Source of the DNA: Burkholderiales bacterium
GTDB lineage: Bacteria > Pseudomonadota > Gammaproteobacteria > Burkholderiales > JAEUOS01
Reading direction: 5' to 3'
Length of the DNA: 64,000 nt
Assembly: GCA_031423955.1 (NCBI GenBank)
Contig: JANPGJ010000305.1
Location: 467-64,466, forward strand
Position 1 is the first letter of the stretch; every line of letters begins with the position of its first letter. Of this stretch, positions 1-8,154 are shown piece by piece. The notes below the pieces were generated by a model. The model did no database searches. It was given only the letters and a program-made list of their open reading frames with translations, and was not told the origin of the DNA. A program made the translations under genes and the position numbers.

Positions 1-1080
1 CAGTTCGTTCAAAATCAAGCCCAGCGATACCCGCCGCTTGGCCTGTTCCTGGAACATGTCCGGCGGCAGCGGAATATCCTGCTTGACGCCGCGCTGCGTC
101 AAATCCGCGCGTGCCTGCTCAATCAGACGCTCAACGTCCATTGCGATCAGCGCTTTCGGCGCCTCCAGCTTGACTGCCTCGTACAGCGCCTGCATTACGG
201 CATTCTTGATGCGAGCCTGAAGTCTCTTCTTGACCTCGCGTTCGAGATTGCCGCGGATATCGGTCCGCATCTTGCCGATGTCGCCATCAGCCACGCCCAA
301 CGCCTTGGCAAACTCCGCATCAAGTGCCGGCAGGACCGGGCTTTCGACTTTCTTGACCGTAATGGAAAATTGCGCTGTCTTGCCGGCGACTTCCTTGCCC
401 TGATAGTCAGCAGGAAAAGTCAGGTCGAATGCCTTGCTCTGCGCCGCGGATAGTCCAAGTGCGGCGGCGTCGAACTCCGGCAGCATTTGACCGGCACCAA
501 GCTCGAAGGCGAAACCGTCGGCGGTACCTCCGTCAAAGGCGACGCCATCGATCTTGCCGACAAAATCAATGGTGATTCGATCCCCTTTCAGGCTGGCCCG
601 CTCCACCACCAGGTACGTGACGCGCTGCTTGCGCAGCGTTTCGATGGTTTTGTCAACATCATCCTCGCCGACCAGCGCAATCGGTCGCTCGACTGCCAGG
701 GTTGCAAGATCTGCGATCGCGACTTCGGGATAAACCTCGAACGTGGCCACGAATTCGAAAGCGGCATCGTTTGCAGCCTCGCCTTCACCCAGCGAGCGGG
801 GTTCAATCCGCGGGTATCCGGCGACCCTTAGCTTTTGCTCCTGCACCGTGTCGCTGAAGTTTTTCTGGATGGCGTCGCCAATGACTTCAGAGCGCACTTG
901 CGGCCCATAAGTCGACGCAACCATTTTCAGCGGTACTTTCCCGGGGCGAAATCCCTGCATGCGTACGGTACGCGACATGCGTTGCAGTCGACTTGCCACT
1001 TCCTTTTCGATCTGGTCAGTCGGAATGGAAAGGTTGATGCGGCGCTCCAGGGCGCTTACGGTTTCTACGGTGGCTGCCAT
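1..1080 (-). CDS. tig: trigger factor (partial; C-terminus lies beyond the left edge)
   Basis: Reverse-strand ATG at 1080..1078. The frame stays open to position 1, so it has no stop and is absent from the ORF track. Translation MAATVETVSALERRINLSIPTDQIEKEVASRLQRMSRTVRMQGFRPGKVP carries the trigger-factor N-terminal GFRxGxxP signature. Confidence 0.93.
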   Translation of the reverse strand, partial: MAATVETVSALERRINLSIPTDQIEKEVASRLQRMSRTVRMQGFRPGKVPLKMVASTYGPQVRSEVIGDAIQKNFSDTVQEQKLRVAGYPRIEPRSLGEGEAANDAAFEFVATFEVYPEVAIADLATLAVERPIALVGEDDVDKTIETLRKQRVTYLVVERASLKGDRITIDFVGKIDGVAFDGGTADGFAFELGAGQMLPEFDAAALGLSAAQSKAFDLTFPADYQGKEVAGKTAQFSITVKKVESPVLPALDAEFAKALGVADGDIGKMRTDIRGNLEREVKKRLQARIKNAVMQALYEAVKLEAPKALIAMDVERLIEQARADLTQRGVKQDIPLPPDMFQEQAKRRVSLGLILNEL

Positions 1081-1111
1081 ATTTGGAATGTTAGAGAGTG
1101 GGACGTCGGGT

Positions 1112-1196
1112 TGGTGCGAAAGGCGGGACTCGAACCCGCACGCCTTGCGGCGCTGGAACCTAAATCCAGTGCGTCTACCAGTTCCGCCACCTTCGC
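1112..1196 (-). tRNA. tRNA-Leu, anticodon UAG, with encoded CCA
   Basis: Reverse complement is GCGAAGGTGGCGGAACTGGTAGACGCACTGGATTTAGGTTCCAGCGCCGCAAGGCGTGCGGGTTCGAGTCCCGCCTTTCGCACCA. It has a 7-bp acceptor stem (one G-U), an anticodon stem CTGGA/TCCAG with loop TTTAGGT (anticodon TAG), a long variable arm typical of Leu, and a T arm GCGGG-TTCGAGT-CCCGC. It lies 31 nt upstream of tig. Confidence 0.9.
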
Positions 1197-1858
1197 AACA
1201 GATTAGCGCCAATGCGATCGGACCCAAACTGGGCATCCCTGCATTTTCTGTTTTAAGGAGTGGCCAAATTTTACTCCAAAAACCCCCTCGTGCCGTGCGG
1301 AAAATGCGAGCGTGTTCGGGGATTTCAAGCCGGAAAGCCCTGAACAGGGACGCGATGCCCGTTCTCCTCCGTGTTTCCGCGGCTACGCCAGCGCAATATG
1401 CTCTTGGCCATCGAGTTGGTGCCCGGAAAGCGGTGTCCATGGCCTATTCAAGAAACACGATTCTCTTGCTGGACCAGATGTCGAGTCGAATCGCGTCGGT
1501 GACCGGACGGACGGTGGACGTGCAATACATGGGCATGAGCGCACGCTACGCCGACCATGTCGTGGGGCTCGCTTTGCAATCTTCAAATGCTGAATTGAAG
1601 GCGCTCGGCGCGATTCTTCGCCGCGATTTTTTCGGCCCGGGCGGATTGTTTCCCGGCGGCAAGATGATCTGGTGCGCGCCCGAGACGACAGCGCATGGTG
1701 ACGTACCTGCGGGATGGCTGAAGCCGACCGATTCCGCCGCATCGATTCACGCGCAGCGGACGCATACGCTGCGGTGTCCTTCCGCGGCTGCCGCACACTC
1801 CTGAAAAAGGGGCGAAGGTCGCGACGGCTGGCGCGGAACCACGAAAGGATTCAAGTCA

Positions 1859-3409
1859 ATGGGTATTGTTGCCGACGGCATTTCGCCACTCAAGGGTAGC
1901 CGCATCGTGGTTGCCGACCGCCATGCGCACAACCGCACCGCCTTGCGCGAGATGGTCAGTTCCCTTGGTGCATCCGCGGTCTCGCATGCGCAAAGCGCCG
2001 GGGAAGTCCTGCGCGCAGTCAAGGCACGTGATGTCAACATCATCCTGTGCGACTACCATCTGGAAGATCAGCGGGACGGGCAGCAGTTGCTCGAAGAATT
2101 GCGCCATGACCGGTTGATCCCGATGAGTTCGATCTTCATGATGATCACCGGCGAGCGCAGTTACAAGAAGGTAGTCTCGGTGGCCGAATTCGCGCCTGAT
2201 GATTACCTGCTCAAGCCATTCACCGCCAACCAGTTGCTCGATCGCCTGGTCCGCACCAGCCGCAAGAAGGAGATTTTCGGGCGTGCCTACGCGTTCATCG
2301 AGAGCGGTCGTGTCGAGGCCGCCCTGCCTGAATGCCGCACCGTTTTGCAGTCCCATCCGGAATATGCCGCGGACGCCTATCGCCTGATGGTCGACATGCT
2401 GCTCGGCGCCAAACGCCACCAGGAAGCCGAAGCACTGCTGCAGTTGATCCTGTCCCGCAAGGCCGTACCTTGGGCGCACATGGGATTGGCGAACATATAT
2501 TACGCGCGCCGCGAACTGGAGCAGGCAGAAACATTGCTGACGACCCTCGCCGGTTCGAACCCCGAGTATCTGGGGGCCCAGGATTTGCTGGCAAAGGTGA
2601 AGAGCGAACTTGAAAAACCGAAGGAAGCGCTGGAAGTACTTGAGGCGGCCGGCGCAATTTCGTCGTCGAATGTCAATCGCCTGCGTCGTACAGGTGACCT
2701 CGCGGCTGCGACCGGCGACTATGAGAAATCAGGCCGCCTGTACGCGCGCGTAATGGATCGGGTTCGCAATTCGTCGATGGCGCGTGCCGAAGACTTCATG
2801 GCGCTTTCGGAGTCGTATATCCAGCAGAGCCGCTTCGAGGACGCGGAAAAGGTTTCGGCAGACCAGCGTCGGACAATGCGCGGTACACCGGATGCGGAAC
2901 TGGTGTCGCGCCTGATGGAGTTCCAGCGGTTTTCGCGCGACGCTGCGGGGCCAAACGGCGGACGGGCGAAGGAGGCCATGGTGGCGGCCGCGCTCGCGTT
3001 CCGCGAATTGCCGGGCCCGATCTCCGAAGCGCTTCAATTTGATCTTGTCGACGCATGTTTCAAGGCCGGTTGTGACAGCGATGGCAGCATGATCGCCGAC
3101 AACCTTCTGGCACGTGCCGGCGTGCCGGAAAACGTGATGTCGAGACTCAAGGCATTGCTGGCCACGCGCAAGGCGAAGCAGGCGCGCATGCCGGCGATTG
3201 TTTCGCTCGATCAGGCAATGGCCATGCTGGGCAAACTCAATACCCAGGGCTGGAACGACGCCCTCGGACACGCTTGCCAGGCCAGCATCGCATATTGGGG
3301 CGACAAGGACCCCGATGCGGAACTGCTGGCGCCTGCGCGCAACCGATTGACCGAGGTGTTGCGAAAGTACGGCATGGACGCGCGGCCGCTCGACAAGCTT
3401 GCGCTCTGA
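1859..3409 (+). CDS. orphan response regulator: CheY-like receiver domain fused to a long TPR-like helical repeat region
   Basis: ATG at 1859 with AAGGA 9 nt upstream. The N-terminal ~120 aa has receiver landmarks (IVVAD, phospho-acceptor context IILCDYHL, MITG, LLKPF). The remainder is repetitive helical sequence (YRLMVDMLLGAKRHQEAEALL, ANIYYARRELEQAETLL) typical of TPR. Confidence 0.8.
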   Translation: MGIVADGISPLKGSRIVVADRHAHNRTALREMVSSLGASAVSHAQSAGEVLRAVKARDVNIILCDYHLEDQRDGQQLLEELRHDRLIPMSSIFMMITGERSYKKVVSVAEFAPDDYLLKPFTANQLLDRLVRTSRKKEIFGRAYAFIESGRVEAALPECRTVLQSHPEYAADAYRLMVDMLLGAKRHQEAEALLQLILSRKAVPWAHMGLANIYYARRELEQAETLLTTLAGSNPEYLGAQDLLAKVKSELEKPKEALEVLEAAGAISSSNVNRLRRTGDLAAATGDYEKSGRLYARVMDRVRNSSMARAEDFMALSESYIQQSRFEDAEKVSADQRRTMRGTPDAELVSRLMEFQRFSRDAAGPNGGRAKEAMVAAALAFRELPGPISEALQFDLVDACFKAGCDSDGSMIADNLLARAGVPENVMSRLKALLATRKAKQARMPAIVSLDQAMAMLGKLNTQGWNDALGHACQASIAYWGDKDPDAELLAPARNRLTEVLRKYGMDARPLDKLAL

Positions 3410-3595
3410 CCGTTGATTGAGCGCGCCATCTGCTGGAAGCAGTGAGGTGTTGACCGTACTGGCGTGTGGCGAAATGCGAAACGCCTGTGCCACTGGTGCG
3501 TCGAACCGCAAACCTCTGCATCGCCCCATTCCTGCGCCTTCGGCCTGCGGCGGCCATGCGGCACCGGCGCCAGGCCCTGTTGCCACGCAATACGC

Positions 3596-3624
3596 TTGAG
3601 TTAGTTGTGCAACCCGGCTACATT
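3596..3624 (+). promoter_or_regulatory. candidate sigma70-type promoter (TTGAGT-N17-TACATT)
   Basis: -35-like TTGAGT at 3596-3601, a 17-nt spacer, and -10-like TACATT at 3619-3624. It sits about 20 nt upstream of a consensus SD. Hexamer match only. Confidence 0.3.
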
Positions 3625-3657
3625 GACATCCCGTTATTTCGTGAAAGGAGGTGATTC

Positions 3658-3780
3658 GTGTCCAGAACCATCGCTGCCAGGATCGTACTGAGTGTGCCCG
3701 GCGCCAGTTCCAAGGCGGTTGTCTGCCCGGGCACCGGCGCCGCAGGCAAGGCCCAAAGCACACCTTTAATCAAGTCCTGA
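3658..3780 (+). CDS. candidate small protein, 40 aa (MSRTIAARIVLSVPGASSKAVVCPGTGAAGKAQSTPLIKS), function unknown
   Basis: AAAGGAGGTGA at 3644-3654, with a GTG start 6 nt after GGAGG and a TGA stop at 3778-3780. A canonical intrinsic terminator begins 22 nt downstream. The ORF is below the 60-aa track cutoff and matches no family I recognise. Confidence 0.4.
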   Translation: MSRTIAARIVLSVPGASSKAVVCPGTGAAGKAQSTPLIKS

Positions 3781-3802
3781 TCCGGCCGCACGTTTGAAGC
3801 TG

Positions 3803-3834
3803 GCGGCGCCCTTGAACCGGGCGCCGCTTTTTTT
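3803..3834 (+). terminator. rho-independent terminator
   Basis: Perfect 9-bp GC stem GCGGCGCCC (3803-3811) / GGGCGCCGC (3819-3827), a 7-nt loop, then T7 at 3828-3834. Confidence 0.8.
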
Positions 3835-3884
3835 CGGCCGGACCTCCGCTTGGCCGTTCTCGACGAAAATCCATCACCAGCACA

Positions 3885-4727
3885 ATGGCTGTCGATCACT
3901 ACGAAAATTTCCCGGTCGCCTCGCTTTTGTTGCCGGCACGGTTGCGCACCCCGGTCGAGCTTATCTATCGTTTCGCGCGCGGTGCCGATGACATCGCCGA
4001 CGAAGGCGACGCCAGCAGTGCAGAGCGCCTGGCCGGTCTCGCCGACTTTCGACGGCAGTTGCGACGGGTCGCCGAGGGTGGCGCCGCATCTGCGCAACCC
4101 GAGGGTGCGATGTTCGATGCCCTCGGAAATGTCATTGAGCGCTACCGACTGCCACTGCAGTTGTTCGAGGATCTGCTCGACGCGTTCAGTCAGGATGTGG
4201 TGCAGACCAGATATGCCGACTTTCCGGAACTGCTTGACTACTGCCGGCGCTCGGCCAATCCAGTAGGGCGTCTGCTGCTTGCCTTGTATGGCGTTGCCGC
4301 GCCAGAGGCACTGGCACAATCCGATTCGATCTGCAGCAGCCTGCAACTGATCAACTTCTGGCAGGATGTCGCGATCGATCGCGACAAGGGGCGCGTTTAC
4401 CTGCCGCAGGATAGCCTCGCACGTTTTGGCTTTGCGCCTGACGAGGAGCCACCATCGGTCTGCGATCACCGCTTTCGTGAGCTTCTGCGTTTCGAAGTCG
4501 GGCGCACCCGCGCCATGATGCACGCGGGTGCACCGCTGACTGCCGCTCTTCCCGGCCGCATCGGCTGGGAGCTGAGCCTGGTGGTCCAGGGTGGTTTGCG
4601 GATTCTCGACAAGATTGAATTGGCCGGCTACGACGTGTTCCTGCGGCGCCCGGTGCTGGGCAAATTTGACTGGACGCTGCTTGCCTGCAGGGCCGTGGTC
4701 GACCGCGTTCGGCGGTCGGTACAATGA
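3885..4727 (+). CDS. hpnC: hydroxysqualene synthase HpnC (squalene/phytoene synthase family)
   Basis: N-terminus MAVDHYENFPVASLLLP is typical of HpnC. Asp-rich motifs GADDIADEG and QDVAIDRDKGRVYLP are present. Confidence 0.85.
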   Translation: MAVDHYENFPVASLLLPARLRTPVELIYRFARGADDIADEGDASSAERLAGLADFRRQLRRVAEGGAASAQPEGAMFDALGNVIERYRLPLQLFEDLLDAFSQDVVQTRYADFPELLDYCRRSANPVGRLLLALYGVAAPEALAQSDSICSSLQLINFWQDVAIDRDKGRVYLPQDSLARFGFAPDEEPPSVCDHRFRELLRFEVGRTRAMMHAGAPLTAALPGRIGWELSLVVQGGLRILDKIELAGYDVFLRRPVLGKFDWTLLACRAVVDRVRRSVQ

Positions 4728-4790
4728 AGATCGTCTTGCCCCGCGCGCACCATCAAGTGCTGCCAGTCAAATCCGAAATGCCCCGCCCCG

Positions 4791-5624
4791 ATGACACCTG
4801 ACGAGTATTGTCAGCAGAAGGCAGCCGCCAGCGGCTCGTCGTTCTACTACAGCTTTCTGTTTTTGCCGCCCGAACGGCGCCGCGCGATCACCGCGCTGTA
4901 TGCGTTTTGCCGTGAAGTCGACGATGTGGTCGACGAAACTGCCGACGAGAATCTGGCTCGCATCAAGCTTGCATGGTGGCGCAACGAGATCGGGCAAATG
5001 TTCCGCGGCAATCCGCAGCATCCGGTTACCCGGGCACTCGCCCCTTGTCTCGCACCGTTTGCACTAACGCAGGAGCGGCTGGAGGAGATCCTCGATGGCA
5101 TGGAAATGGATCTCATGCAAACCCGCTACCTCGATTTCAAGGGTCTGGAACGCTATTGCTATCTGGTCGCCGGTGTTGTCGGCCTGTGCGCCGCAGACAT
5201 ATTCGGTCGCACTGATGAACAGACATTGGAATATGCACGTAATCTGGGACTTGCATTCCAGTTGACCAACATCATCCGCGATGTCGGCGAAGACGCGCGG
5301 CGCGGCCGGGTCTACTTGCCGGTCAATGAACTGCAGCAGTTCAAGGTGCCCGTCGCCGATATCCTGCACGCGCGCTACAGCGACAATTTCAGCCAGCTCA
5401 TGGCATTTCAGCACCAGCGCGCAAGGTCGTACTATCAAGCCGCGTTCGCGGCGCTTCCTGCCGCGGATCGTCGCGCGCAACGCCCCGGCCTGATCATGGC
5501 CGCGATCTACGGCGCCCTGCTGGAGGAGATTCGCCGCGATGGTTTCCAGGTCCTGCATCAGCGCATCAGCCTGACGCCAATTCGAAAGTTGTGGCTTGCC
5601 TGGAAAACTTGGACCTTTGGATGA
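4791..5624 (+). CDS. hpnD: presqualene diphosphate synthase HpnD (squalene/phytoene synthase family)
   Basis: Motifs SSFYYSFLFLPPERRRAITALYAFCREVDDVVDE and NIIRDVGEDARRGRVYLP. Its TGA (5622-5624) overlaps the ATG of the next gene (ATGA at 5621-5624). Confidence 0.85.
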   Translation: MTPDEYCQQKAAASGSSFYYSFLFLPPERRRAITALYAFCREVDDVVDETADENLARIKLAWWRNEIGQMFRGNPQHPVTRALAPCLAPFALTQERLEEILDGMEMDLMQTRYLDFKGLERYCYLVAGVVGLCAADIFGRTDEQTLEYARNLGLAFQLTNIIRDVGEDARRGRVYLPVNELQQFKVPVADILHARYSDNFSQLMAFQHQRARSYYQAAFAALPAADRRAQRPGLIMAAIYGALLEEIRRDGFQVLHQRISLTPIRKLWLAWKTWTFG

Positions 5625-6964
5625 CCCGGGTAGCGGTCGTAGGCGCAGGTTGGTCCGGCCTGGCAGCGGCCGTTGAACTGGCCACCGCGGGTTGTCAGGT
5701 CGATTTGTACGAAGCAGCCCGGCATCCAGGCGGTCGTGCCCGCCGGGTGGTGGTCGAGGGAGCCACGCTGGACAACGGGCAGCACATCCTGCTCGGTGCC
5801 TACACCGAGACGCTGCGCCTGATACGTCTGACTGGCGGCATCGAGCGCGACCTGATGCAGCGCCTGCCGCTCGAATTGATTTATCCCGGCGAGTTCAAGC
5901 TGGCCGCGCCAACCTGGTTGCCCGCCCCGCTGCATTTGCTTTATGCCCTGCTCTCTGCCCGTGGCCTGGCGTGGCGTGACAAGATCGCGGCGGTCCGCTT
6001 CATGCATGACATGCAAAGGCGGCACTTTCAGGTCGTGCCCGATGTAACGGTCGCTGAATTCCTGTTGCGCCATCGGCAATCCGTGCCTGCACGTGCGTTC
6101 TTGTGGGACCCGCTTTGCATCGCTGCGCTCAACACCGCACCCGAGCTGGCCTCCGCGCAAGTGTTTGCGACCGTCCTGTGCGATACGTTCTGCGGCGCCC
6201 GTAGCGACAGCGACCTGCTGATCCCGCGTGTAGATTTGAGCTCGCTGTTTCCCGACCGCGCGTTGAGCCATGTCGTCGAGCGGGGTGGTGTCTGGCATCC
6301 GGGCGCGCATGTCGAACGGCTGGTCGAATTCGACGGGCGGATCAAGGTTTGCCTGGCAAACGAAAGCACCGAATTCGAGGCTGTGGTTTGCGCGCTGCCG
6401 CCGCCCCGCGCGGCAGCGCTGCTCAGTGGAACTTCCGCATCCGCCGTGTCGCTGAAGCGACTCCTTGAAGCATTCGAATTTGAACCGATCGTCACTTGCT
6501 ACCTGCAGTATCCGGCGGAAGTACGCCTTCCCCGTCCGATGATCGGACTGTCTGCGGCCATCAGTCAGTGGGCGTTCGATCGCGGTGTTCTCGGCGGACC
6601 GGCGGGCTTGATTGCAGTGGTGGTCAGCGCCGCCGGTCGACTGCGCGGGCTGGACGCAGATGCTTTGGCCCAGGAGGTCCATAGCGAGCTTGGAGTAGTC
6701 CTGCCGTCTCTGCCGCGACCGTTACGCCAGCAGGTGATCGTCGAGAAGCGTGCGACGTTTCGTTGTACGCCACATCTGCGGCGACCGCGACCGCAAGGCC
6801 CTTGCGCCGGCTTGTTTTTTGCCGGCGATCACGTGATAGACCATTCGGGCCCCGCTTACCCTGCGACCCTTGAGGGCGCGGTGCGTAGCGGGGTCGCCGC
6901 AGCGCGCGCAGCGTTGACCCACACGGCTGGCCTGAAGGAGCGAAACACTACCTCGAGCGCCTAG
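5621..6964 (+). CDS. hpnE: hydroxysqualene dehydroxylase HpnE (FAD-dependent amine-oxidase fold)
   Basis: I moved the start to ATG 5621 (MTRVAVVGAGWSGLAAAVELA; a GxGxxG dinucleotide fold at the N-terminus) because it overlaps the hpnD stop. The track start at 5591 would add 10 residues inside hpnD. Confidence 0.8.
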   Translation: MTRVAVVGAGWSGLAAAVELATAGCQVDLYEAARHPGGRARRVVVEGATLDNGQHILLGAYTETLRLIRLTGGIERDLMQRLPLELIYPGEFKLAAPTWLPAPLHLLYALLSARGLAWRDKIAAVRFMHDMQRRHFQVVPDVTVAEFLLRHRQSVPARAFLWDPLCIAALNTAPELASAQVFATVLCDTFCGARSDSDLLIPRVDLSSLFPDRALSHVVERGGVWHPGAHVERLVEFDGRIKVCLANESTEFEAVVCALPPPRAAALLSGTSASAVSLKRLLEAFEFEPIVTCYLQYPAEVRLPRPMIGLSAAISQWAFDRGVLGGPAGLIAVVVSAAGRLRGLDADALAQEVHSELGVVLPSLPRPLRQQVIVEKRATFRCTPHLRRPRPQGPCAGLFFAGDHVIDHSGPAYPATLEGAVRSGVAAARAALTHTAGLKERNTTSSA

Positions 6965-8154
6965 AACGAAAATGCGAACAAGCCGCCGTTGCGACTCTGC
7001 ACCAGAAGTCCGTCGTCGGTACCAAACTGCAGGCGAATGGGTGCCGCGGCAATCCAGCCACCCTCGGTTGACACCCGGCCTACCAGACTGCCATCCTCGC
7101 GGGCCAAGGCGTGGAGAACACCCTGATAATCGCCAACAATGACTACGCGTCCGATCGACAACGGGGCAGAAATACGCCGGTTGAGCAGTCGGTCCTGCTT
7201 CCAGATACTGCTGCCGGTATCGAGTGCCAAACCGACGACCGATGAGCGATCGTCGGACACGTAGGCAAAGCGCGCGTCGGCCGCCATTCCGGTCTGACTG
7301 GAAACATCGCGTGACCACACTGGTTGTCCATTGGCGATATCAAAGCAAGCGACGCGTCCCTGATAGGCGACTGCGCATGCCACCCGATCGCCAATCACCG
7401 GAACGCCTGTGAGGTCGGCAATCCGTTCAAGTTCAGTCGCACCTTTGGGCTGGGCCACCGTGCCCTCCCACCGGACGCTGCCGTTGAGCGCGGCAAGCGC
7501 CACCAGTTTGCCCCCCGGAAATCCAGCGAAAATGGTGCCGCGATCTACGGTCAGGCCGGCAAAGTTGCGCAATACCAGCGCCGGCGCGGCCCGCTGATAG
7601 GCCCAGCGTCGTTTGCCGTCTGCAGCGCTGAAGGCGTGAATCCGGTTGTCATTGCTGCGCACCAGCACCAGTCCATCCGCCACCATTGGCGTTGCAAGGA
7701 CTTCGCTGGAGGCTTGCGCCTTCCATCGCTCCTTTCCATTGGCATCGAATGCGAGGACTTCGCCCTTGACTGTCGCGACGATGACGACGCCGGCGCCGGC
7801 TCCGGTGCCTGCGGACAGGCCCGCTCGATTGGCCTGGATGCGCCACTTTTGCGTGCCGTTTGCTGCATCGAATGCGGCAAGCGTGCCGTCGGCAGCCGCG
7901 GCAAACACCATGCCATCGGCAACTGCGGGATTGAACAAGAAGTTGCCGGCAGCGCCAACCCCGGCGCGCCAGATTTGCTTGAGTGCGAGAGTGCTCTGGA
8001 TCGCCGTCAATGCCGCAGGTTGCGGGCCGGAGTCGCCCGAATCCCACCAGTTCAACGGGTTGAGCTTTTGCAGGCTCGAGCAGGCCGACAGCAGGGCGAC
8101 TGCCAGCACAATCACAGCCCGCCGGACCGGCGCCGGAAACCGTATCAGTTTCAC
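6961..8154 (-). CDS. bamB: outer membrane protein assembly factor BamB (PQQ-like beta-propeller lipoprotein)
   Basis: Lipobox VALLSAC, followed by repeated propeller blades (DGxVxAxDAxxGxxxW pattern, e.g. ADGTLAAFDAANGTQKW, GEVLAFDANGKERW). I chose the GTG start at 8154..8152 because it overlaps the yfgM stop (GTGA). The track start at 8256 would add an Arg/Gly-rich extension inside yfgM. Confidence 0.85.
   Translation of the reverse strand: MKLIRFPAPVRRAVIVLAVALLSACSSLQKLNPLNWWDSGDSGPQPAALTAIQSTLALKQIWRAGVGAAGNFLFNPAVADGMVFAAAADGTLAAFDAANGTQKWRIQANRAGLSAGTGAGAGVVIVATVKGEVLAFDANGKERWKAQASSEVLATPMVADGLVLVRSNDNRIHAFSAADGKRRWAYQRAAPALVLRNFAGLTVDRGTIFAGFPGGKLVALAALNGSVRWEGTVAQPKGATELERIADLTGVPVIGDRVACAVAYQGRVACFDIANGQPVWSRDVSSQTGMAADARFAYVSDDRSSVVGLALDTGSSIWKQDRLLNRRISAPLSIGRVVIVGDYQGVLHALAREDGSLVGRVSTEGGWIAAAPIRLQFGTDDGLLVQSRNGGLFAFSF

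Noticed and set aside
1112-1196. tRNA-Leu as a possible genomic-island integration site.
   Set aside because: The 3' end of the tRNA abuts tig (31 nt). No integrase, direct repeat of the tRNA 3' end, or compositional island is visible on either side.
959-1438. 5' part of track ORF 959-1804, and ORF 835-1206.
   Set aside because: Both read through the tig start and the tRNA-Leu gene on the opposite strand, so they cannot be genuine coding sequence.
3651-3797. Alternative GTG-initiated frame (VIRVQNHRCQDRTECARRQ...) in the small-gene module.
   Set aside because: The start codon lies inside the SD itself, the product is Arg-rich, and the frame runs up to the base of the terminator hairpin. The 3658 frame fits the SD spacing better.
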